A stretch of DNA of 64,000 bases from Aplysia californica (Eukaryota): positions 43,821 through 107,820 of the forward strand of contig NW_004797492.1 of NCBI RefSeq assembly GCF_000002075.1. Reading direction: 5' to 3'. The first letter of the stretch is position 1; every line of letters starts with the position of its first letter. The position numbers were made by a program, and so were the translations under genes. Positions 49,951 through 60,200 of the stretch are shown in pieces. Under the pieces are notes generated by a model, which saw only the letters and a program-made list of their open reading frames with translations, made no database searches and had not been told where the DNA came from.

Positions 49951-50891
49951 AGCAATTCTTTGCACTACAAACAACATTTCATCTCTACCTACAGTAACTG
50001 ACAGGGAAACTCGTACTGTACTACACGTGTTACATTACATACTGCAGCACAGACTCCAGGAGGATGAGATTCAGATAAGTTTACCTCTTCATTTAAATAC
50101 AAAAATGAGCTCCAAAAGTGCAGTCTACACATCAAGGTATGAGCAGTTCCTTTTGGTCAACTGTAAAATATAAATACTTTCAGTCCATTTGTCTGTCTAT
50201 GTCTCACTCTCTTAAGATATGTGAAGTCCACTTAAAAAGCTTAAAGAACACAGTTCATCATAACTTAGGGGGAAACTGAAAGAAAGTAGTTCCCCTAATT
50301 TTTTTCTTTGCCATTTGAGTAATCTCTCTAAACTGAGAGTACAGCTAAACCAGAGTTTGAACAGACTCTACTGTCTGACACACCTTAATACAAGAGCACA
50401 TTTCAGTAAAATACTTAAACCAGTGAAATTCTTCCAGTCTCAAGCTTGACTTTAGAATGAAAGACAGAAATGTGCCAACTGTAAGATCTTACAAAATATA
50501 GGGTACATTGAATATTTAATATCAGTTTACAGTAATATCTTGTGGCATGGATTGATTTTTCTCCTATTCCAACGGGTTTAATTTCATTTTCCATTCCATA
50601 AATTGAGGCATTCGAGGGAGACAAGTCTTCCTCCTACTATCTTTAACGTGATGGGCCGGAGCACACACCTGAATGTGACTGCCCTTACACACCCTTCAAT
50701 GGATCAAATGCATGACTCGACATACATGGTGTATATCTAGCAGTCGACGCAAAGGAGCTCAGATGTACACGTCTTGAACAGTTCAAGAAGGAAAGGCTTG
50801 GATGATCACCCCTGTGACCTGAAAATGAACCCATTCAGTAGCATGTTTTACAATATACATTATATCCTCCAAGTGCGAACAATCTTTCCCC

Positions 50892-53082
50892 TTAAGCCAT
50901 AATCTTCAGCTGGTACAAATCAGCCAGCACTGTTGACTTCCCACTGAGACCCCCATGGAACAAAACTTTATTGGGCAAGACAAAACAAACATGCCCGGCC
51001 CTGCCCACGACAGACGTGTTGAGCTTGTAGAACACAGTTGGTGACTTGAGGGAAATCAGAAACATTTCACCGACAGGCTCACGGCTTCGACCATCGAACG
51101 TTTCACCACCGTGGACCAGCAAGCAATTCCCCCCTGCTGCTGTTATATGATTTTTTCTTCCACACGGAAGTTTTGACATGGGAGATTGTAGTCTGCCATG
51201 CAATGTTTCTAAAATTTTGGAGATAACACTACATTGATTCCTTGCTGTTCCCTTAAAACCCTGAGCCTTTTCCAACAATTTGTCATCCCTCCCGCCGATA
51301 ATAAATATTTCATTTCCAACAATGTCGGCCGTGTGTCCTGACCTTGACGTTGCTTCTCTGCTATACTCTCTGTACCTGAATGCCCCAGACAGAACATTCC
51401 CACTCAAGATGAAAACATTGCCATGTTTTTTCTGTATCCTGAGGCTTCCCTCTCTGCCTACGATGATAACGTCCCCATTGATCAGCTGGCAGGCCGTATG
51501 TGAGCTCAGCCCAGCACCTTCAGGGAAGCCAGTGTGCTCCATCTTCAACCATTTGTCTTCTTGAGCGTCGAAAACATTGACATCAGCCGTCCTCCTCTTT
51601 CCATCCCAGCCACCAATAAGGATCAGATACCTGTCCTCTGAGACAACGGCTGCGTGGTGGCTTAGAGCCGGACTGCCGGGGGTTCGGAGCTCAGCCCACA
51701 TCGTTGATGTGAGGTCCATTCTGAAGAGTTGATTTGATGGTTTTGTTGACCCACTTTCTAAAATCCCTCCATGGACATATAGGGCCCCTCTGATCACAGC
51801 CCCGATATGAAAGGCCGCTCTTGGACCTAACGGTACAACTGGCTCCCATTCCAAACTAACAGTTGGTCCGACTGACGATGATATAGATGTAGTTGATGAT
51901 TTCCTTGAAGTCTGAAAAATGCACAATATGATAGAAGGAGTGAGAAACTATGAAAGAACAAAGGTTTTTTACTTTCTAAATTTTTCCCCAGATTGTAGGT
52001 AGCTGGTAAAAATTTTAACACATTCCATCTTTTTCAGTGAAGTCTATTAGATGAGTACATTTTAAATTTTGTTATTCTTTCATTCTTGCTTTACATGCAT
52101 AATCTGTCACTTCTTACAAAGGTAAAGCTTAAGCACATTCCTGGGAAGAAACATTCACAAAAGAAAAAGTATAAAATTTCTTGCATGTCCATATTTTCAC
52201 TTCGGGCCCTTAATCGGCAAAACGAAAACTTAACTACAGGAAAATTCAGTGCATATGTTACAATTAGGTTTTAACCGTGTTAAAGGTAAAAATCTGATCA
52301 ACAAATATTTATTAACAATCAAAGAATCTGCGGTAATGAATGTAAGTTCAATTAATTGCAAATTATTTGTATGAAAAGAAAAATTCTCCTTCTGCTGAGA
52401 ATAAAGAAAGTGGGAAGGTAATGAGTTTAAAAAGGTTCCACAATCATAGACACCTAATTTCTCCCCATCTCTGTTACTTAAAAATGTAATGAAAAATATT
52501 ACAAAGTGGGATGTTTGGGAACAGTTTATTATCAATGTTGAGTCGAGAACTGCAATAAAAGGAGAAAAGCGGCACCGAGTAATAATTTTTAATAAGCTTT
52601 GTAAATGAAAAATCTCATTTTCTGAGATTAGGAACTACTGCAATGATCAACCAGATATCATATCACCTAAATGTGGAACTAAGCATAAAGCTTGGAGCCC
52701 CCCCCCCCCCACCCCATTATTCTTTTTTCAAGTTTACTGGTTGCTGATCTACTAATTTGTCAAAGTTGTTTGGAAATCTTAGACAAAACCTATATATCAT
52801 AAGAACAAATCCTCTGTCTAGGTCTAGTATAGTACAAATTTTCTTCCCAGTCGGTTTCCTTCTCGGTTATTAGGCTAATCCCTGATAACATTATGATTAT
52901 GATTATGATTATTATTAATTTCTTCCTTCCCAGTCAGTGTGTCGTCAGTGAGTGAAGCGACCGCTGCATTCTCGCGTCAAAACGTTCGCTTCCACTGTTG
53001 TGTAAGAAAGACGTTTTAAAAAATAATAACTTCACGGCAAACTAAGAAAACAGCGTGCCTTTACTTTTCTAGCCGTAGCCAT
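50892..53082 (-). CDS. KLHDC9: Kelch domain-containing protein 9-like (about 345 aa). Exons 53082-53065 and 51911-50892
   Basis: Kelch repeats with RAAFH, IGGWDGKRR, AGLSSHT, VGREGSLRIQKKHG, TSRSGH, HGGETF and RAGH. MATARK|gtaaag joins in phase 0. Confidence 0.88.
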
Positions 53083-53400
53083 TGCGGACGTCACTGTTGT
53101 ATTTGGAAAAACAGAGAAAACTCTTCAATTAGGTTTTCGTTCAGCGTCCATTACTCTTTGTTGCGAGGGACGCCATCTCTTCTCGCCAGCCCGCTCTGCC
53201 AGAACAAGCCCCGGATGTTCACAAGCGTCACAGCGACCTCATGCCCATAATGCTATGCGTCGAGATGAACGACTTCGAGAAAGGAGAATGGTCGCTCAGT
53301 AAACAAGAGAACGAAGAAACAACTGAAAAAACGTCCTGAATACTTGCTTCCAGTACGATGCTTCACTCTGTATTGACCAAAATCTGTTAGTACGTACAAT
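53083..53400. promoter_or_regulatory. Putative bidirectional promoter (KLHDC9 / ZNF800-like)
   Basis: CpG-rich patch between divergent genes with CRE-like gacgtca and YY1-like cgccatct. Confidence 0.45.
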
Positions 53401-56400
53401 GCAGAAGTGATTAATGTTATTTAGATTTATTATATCATTCCCCCAAGGCGTTTGTTTGAGATGTTAGGGCTGGCAAATTGTGCAGTCTTCCTCGTCTTTC
53501 TAGGTTCTCCCTTCCTTTCTCTCGTTGAGTGGCCGGAGTGAACAGCCGTTCGCTGTCTCTAGGTCATTTTCCAATTCCCCTTTCTAGTTCTCTATTTTAG
53601 AAAATGTATAAAAATTCACTATTGTAGACTTTGCTAAGATGGGCTAAAATTAGCAATATTTTTCTCTGATGATAAGAGTACACTCACTGGACACACTCCT
53701 CTCGTTCCACTCCTCTCCTCTAGAATTAGATCAGGACCACCCATCCCAATGAAGCGTGTGTGTGCTGCTGTGATTGTAGCTATAACACTATTCAATGCTT
53801 TACAAACATGTGGCCAATTGTGAGAGTAAGGAATTCTATTGAATCAATAAATGTGAGACGTCTACTCACATATTTTGGAAGTATTGTTTTAAATCCTGTT
53901 CTGGAGATATCGATCTATAATTATAGCTGAATGTTTACTTGAGGCGAGGGTGTTGGCCCTGAACTCTGATGATTCACAAGTAATGTCACATGGTACAATG
54001 AACATGAATGGGCAAGGGAATTTTTGGGATTGTATTAAAAGACTGAAGTTACGAGGCAGAAAATTGGCTGCTAAGGCAATAGCTGAATGGCTAGATTTGG
54101 AAGTTAGCGAGAGAGAGGATACTTCGAGATTCATCAGATGTGAACATAGCATTGTCATAGATCTACTTTTCTGTGAATATCCTAGTTTGTTCGGAATTTC
54201 TAAAGGGTAATTTTAGCAGCGGTAAATATCTTCCTTTACCCTCCCGAGGATCAGTTTTGTAGCCATTTTGCCTTCCAAATGCTGTCCAAAATTTATCTGG
54301 AAACCATACACCTCATTTTAATTTGAACTCTATCCTTGTAGCTGCACATTTGCTCTACTGGAGTCTTCTCACTAACACTTCATGCCCATACCTTATTCTG
54401 CAAGGTAGGCTGGCCTGTTCCTAGCAATATTCCATCTTTGAATATTTTATTCACATTTGTTGGATGTGGATAACAAGAGTTGGGATTGGCCCAAAAGTCC
54501 TCTCTTTTTACCTGAATCCAGGGTTGAGGTTCTGGTTTAGCCCTAACCAGTAATCATATAGCCCTTCTTAACTGGAATTTAGCAAAAGTGAATAAAGTGT
54601 TCGAAACGGGAATATTGCCGTATCTTTATTGTGTCGGTGAGACCTCAGCAAATATATATGAAGCAGTTTAGTCTACCTGTAGGCTCTCTTTTTCAACTTT
54701 TTAATGCTCAACCTTTTTTTTTCCACAAGTAGACTAGTAGTTATTATCTGTTGCTAGCCGTTCAAATTTTTATCTTTTACCTGAATAGTATTATAAGGCC
54801 TATGGGAGTACTACTAGCAGTAAGTGTTTATGAATTACTCTGACTAGATTTAGATTGGTCTACGACTACTCGGATTCATTTTACTCCAACTGGAATGTCG
54901 ATTAATCACAAGGCGTCCTGTTGTGTAAATTGGCTGAATGATTTAAATGTTTGCACCTGCAGCTATGCTCACTTTTCAGCTTTCAGTAATTGTCATCTAG
55001 GTCTAATGAATTGATCGCTCAAGCTGCAGTCAGTCAAGCTATTTGTGAACTTAAGGTGCCGGTGGCTGTTTTTGTGGCTTGGATTTAGTGCTGAGAAGAA
55101 GAGGTGTTCGTTAACTTCATTTTATTTTGAGATGGCTGAGATATATTTTAGGACCATTTGATAATGCATTTTTTAGATCTGTCTTTTTCCTTCCTTTCAA
55201 GTTTTAGTATTATTTAACTTTTTTGTTCTTTTTGGGGCTTGCAGAGTTTTGTTTTCGTGTCCAGCAATGTTTATCATATATTATAATAGTATGTTACTTT
55301 GTGTGGATTAATTTATACTTGACTTCGTTTTGATTTGGGACCATATTCCTGAACAGTGTCAAGATAAAGATAAATTTTACGAGGATTTAGAGCTTTGGGA
55401 GATGGCGTGCATGCAAATGTGAGTGGTTTTCAAAGTGACTAATTTGATTTTGCCCCAGAGTTTCTTTTGGTTTTTGTTGCTCTTTTTGAATGGATTTTTT
55501 TAGATTTTCTCTTTTCGAAATTTATCTACCATGCTGTCTTTTGGGGTGTATACTGTATTTATTTATAGGACTTTTTTGAGTTTGTTGTCCTTATTTTAGA
55601 GCACACAGTGTTTATAAAATTTTTTTCGTTTCCAAAAGTTGAAATTGTGAATTATAGATATTATATGAATAAGGAATAAATTTCCACTCATTATGGTAAT
55701 AACTTCTGTTCTCCATGGGGTTTGCAGAAGGAATGTAATGTGTGATTAGGGTATCTGCAATTTAGTCGATACTATTTGGATACAGATGTTGCTTTTTGTC
55801 TCATTCTTCTCTATGTTCTTTGCAATAGTAATGAAGACATGGAATATTGAATATTTAAAAAAATCCAGACTTACCCTCTTACACCGGGCTGGAGAAGCCT
55901 GTTGTTTATCACTTGGGAAGCATTTTGGTGAATCTTTTTTTGTGTGCCTTGGCCACAACTTGGTGGAATTTCACTGACATGAATGTTTAGAAACTTGCTA
56001 ACTTGTTGTGTTTGTATTTAGAAATAACTTCCAAAGAGGTCCCGGCTCTTCTGTCCTTGTAACGTTTGTTGTAAGGGTTGCTTTCGATTGCAAGGTTGAC
56101 CTGATCTGCTTTTCATTTTGTATTACGATAGGTCTAAGTACATTGACTCCTGGGTGACTTTATTGGCATCAGTTGGGTGAACATATGTTTATTACTTTGT
56201 GAGCGGCTTGGCACTAGCATTGTCAGTATGTTAATCAAAAAAAGATCGAGCCTCCTCTGAAAAACCTTTGTGTATAACTCTGTTTATGAATGATTGTTGG
56301 TTGTTTAAGGGTGCAACTGGTACATCAACATTCTTTTTTATCCCTCTTTTGCAGGGCTGCACATCATTACAAATTTGGCGAAATTGTGATTTTGTTTTGG

Positions 56401-57207
56401 TTTCAGTTTTATGAAAATATGATGACACCTTTGATTCCGATTTTTTAAAGATTGTTTGCCGTTCTGCAATCCCAACCCATCCTCACTTCCTGGTGTACAA
56501 GAAGGAAACCAATTATGCTACAACAGTCTATGCCACTTCGTCAGATGCAGCTGTCTACTTTTATCACCCTCTGTGCACAGAGCCCTTGTAGTCACTCAGT
56601 GCCACTCTGCCCTGAGAAAAACATCGGTTGCCCCACAGCCAGGAGGAAGATAAACATTAGTTTGACAAGGTGTTACAAATTCCTGCACTTTGTGTTTTCA
56701 GGGACTAGGCCATGGAGAATATTTTGTTAAAAAATGGATCATTGTTTTGAAACTATCAGGTGCAGCATGAGGCATTTTGTGTAGTCATGTGCAATCAGGA
56801 TTGTTACTCGTCCAGTCGGTTGTTTTGTTTTTGCAAGCGTCAAGCCAACAATTGATATCTAACACATACCCCTTTTAAAAAAACAAACAACAGGACATCA
56901 ACAAGTGCAGAGTCTCTGTCACGACACTTCTCATTCATCCTTGAACCTACAACCCCTATCCTCGACACTACAGGGGAAATGATTCTCCATGGCCTTAGTA
57001 GATTTTTTAGTCGTTACCTCAATTTTTACATGTTGACAACTAAAACATTTACTGGTGTGTAAGCAGCTCTGCTTTTGTATCTGTCCGTCTTATTTCGTTT
57101 CCCTGCACGAGATGACCTTCAAGGTACCGGTGTGTTTCTCTGTACTCATTTTAAGCAAAAGATTCACCAGGGGTTGTCTGTTCTGTTTCAGAGAGCAACG
57201 CGACCAG

Positions 57208-60200
57208 ATGTCCAGCAAACGGCAGAACTCATCTCCCCAGGAGGACTTGTCACAGGTGAGGCAGCCCATCCAGATCAGCGGCAAGCCCGTGGAGCAGGTG
57301 CTCAACAGCGTCCATTATGGCAGCCCCGAGCTGCGCTGTCTGCTCATGGATGAGTGCGACCTCATCTTCGAGTGCAAGGTCTGCCGGGCTCTGTTCCGAG
57401 ACTTGCCCAACTTCATCTCCCACAAGAGAAGCTACTGCACCGAGTCCTGCCTGGAGAGCATGCACATGGCCATCTGTAGACTTCCCGAGGAGAAAGTCGT
57501 CGTGGTTCAGCCGCAGGCCCCAGAGGAAACTGAGGCTCAAGAGGGCGATGCGTCTTTACGGGACGCTGGGCTGGTTCGAAGGACCAGACCTAGCCGCCCT
57601 AGCTTAGAGGAAACTGTTCAGCGAATACAGAGTGGGGAGTTGGGCAGGTCTGAGGCGTACAGAGTCTACACGGAAGCTGCAGAGAAACTCCAGAGGCAGA
57701 AAGAAAGCATGAAAGTGGCCACTGTAAGAACCACCGCAATACCAACCAACAAAAATGCTGTCTTTATCGATGTCAACGTGACCCCTGTAAATATTCATGA
57801 GCGGCAGAACAAAGCGAGTGCTTCTGGGAAAGGAGAGGGTGACAGCAAGACGGCGTCCGGACAGAAAGTTGCGACGAGGAAAGCCGGCGAACGGGCCTCG
57901 AACAGCAAGCCCCACTCATCTCAGGCGACCCGGAAGTCTATACGAGAGCAGAAGCACTCGTCGGAGCTACAGAAGCTTCTCATGCAGCAGTTGAAAGACA
58001 TCCAGAAGGAGAAGAGTAAGACGTCCATGAACGCTGACAGCTCCCAGCACAGAGGAAAGGAAAAACTGACAACTGAAGCTCAGGGCAAACTGAAAGAGAA
58101 AACTTTGACGACTCAGAACAAAGTGAAGGAGAAGGTGAAATCTGAGAGTCAAGAGAAAGTCAAGGAGAGAGTATCGTGTGAGGCTCCGCGGAAAGTCAAG
58201 GAGAGAGTATCGTGTGAGGCTCCGCGGAAAGTAAAGGAGAGAGTATCGTGTGAGGCTCCGCGGAAAGTAAAAGAGAAGGATGTCTCAGAAGGGGAGCAAA
58301 AACTGAAAGAGAAAGTGACACCTGGCAGCAGTATAAGAAAATCTGTCAATTCCGAGGGAGGTCACCTGAAGGTAGCTGGTCAGAGTCCGGGCTCTGCTCT
58401 CCCCCAGACCACTCAGAGGTCAAAGGGTAGTAGAGGCACCCGAGCGAGGGCTGACCTCAAAACCGTTTCGTCAAGACGATCAAACACGCCCTCTTTGACA
58501 GTGGCTCAGAAAAGGAATGCTGTGTTCACGACTAAAGCCATCAGTATAGCTAAGAGCAGGACGAGGAACGCCAACAAAAAATCCCTCATCTGCTCCAAGT
58601 GTAATTCGGCTTTCAGCTCAAGAAAGAGCTTGTCCTTTCACATGAAGGTAAATCATTCTGATAAGAAAACGTTTTATCCCTGCCCTTATTGCCCGAGTGT
58701 TTTCTACTACTTTTTCGGAGTCACGCGTCACTTGTTCAGGAATCATTCCAAATCAACTGCGGAAATCGACAGGATGAGAGAGAAGCTGCGGGCGAAAGCG
58801 TACAGCAAAACAGTCCCGCCCGTTCCCCAGATACAGAAGTCTCTGATGCAGGAGTCGAAGGGAGTCAGGAAAAGCTCACGAGGCGTTGCTCTCGTCCACA
58901 CCATCAAACCGGCACGCACCACGGCGAATAGCGATGCGCTGTCGTTCAAGGGAGACAAGCAGTTGCCGTCGCTCTCTAGAAAATCCGATCGGCAAGAGGG
59001 GAAGATGTCACCAAAACCAGCCACTTCAAGTGGGAAAAGTGAAGTGAAGAGTGGTGCTGTGAAACCCTCGCTTGATTCTTCTTCTCAAAAACAAGAAACC
59101 GCGTCAGAAAGTCGTGCGGAAAGACTCAAGAGCAGAACTGTGAAGAAAGTAGAGGAGAGCGAGCCCAAAACTTGTCCCCTGGAGGTGTCTGTTGAGCCTG
59201 GCACTGGTGGGACCTCCACCCCTGTCCCGAGTCCCACGCCTTCCGCCTCGGCCAATGACGACCACCAGGAGGGGCCGTCTCGCACATGTCCCAACTGTGA
59301 GCGCTCGTTTGGACGTAAGATAAGTTATGAGAACCACGTGAAGGCTTGTAAGGGTAAGGACTCTGCCGTGCCTCATTTGGCGGGGGCGGTGCAGGCAAAA
59401 GACGATCAGTCTTCTGTGGGAAAAGAGAGAGAGAGAGATGTCAGTCTTTCGAGAGGACAGAGGCAGGCAGGGGGTCAGTCTGCTTCCTCTTCGCCATCGG
59501 TTGAGACCAGGACGAGAAAGGTGGAACAGATATCACCGGGCCGGAGCAAAACGCTGGAGTCAAAACTCATAGCCAATGGTAGCAGGGCAACCCCGAGCAG
59601 AGGCCGGCCGTCTAGTACCGATAGATGGCGCCATCGTAGACCGGACGGGTCTCCTGCATCGTTCCTACGCCGGGCACAGTCGAACAGTGCTGACCGCAGC
59701 AGGAATGTACGGAGACGAGGCTTGAGCGGCCGGGAGAAGAGGGACTCGTCGGTGGAGAGCACACAGAGCAACGTGGAGGGCCGGGCCCGGCGCGATCGCC
59801 AGTCGGTTCTCTCGAGGTTCGCCAGCTCTGCCGATAAGAACAGGACCACGTCTTCTGTCCTTGTGAGGGGGAACCGACGTTCTGGAGGTCAGCCTTCTGA
59901 CGGGATATCTCCGCGCCCGGTCAGAGACGGCAGAAAGTTAACCTCAAGAGGATTGGCTGCTTTGGCGAAAAACGATGAACCTTCCAAGCATCCCACTTTA
60001 CTTGTAAATGAAACCAGCTGTAAACAGGAAGGGGAACAACATTTCTCTAAAGCTGAGGAGTCACGCTCCGGTGTAGCAGCTCGTGCGGGTGGGGTTCCCA
60101 GTACCTCCGAACTATCCAGTCTGTCTCAGAACCCACCTGGTGAAAGTTGTGGGAAGAGCCATGAGCAGACAGCCTCTCCCAACAAACAGAATAGTCATGT

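Noticed and set aside
53940-54600. Possible decayed LINE ORF2 fragment
   Set aside because: Resemblance too faint to support without a search.
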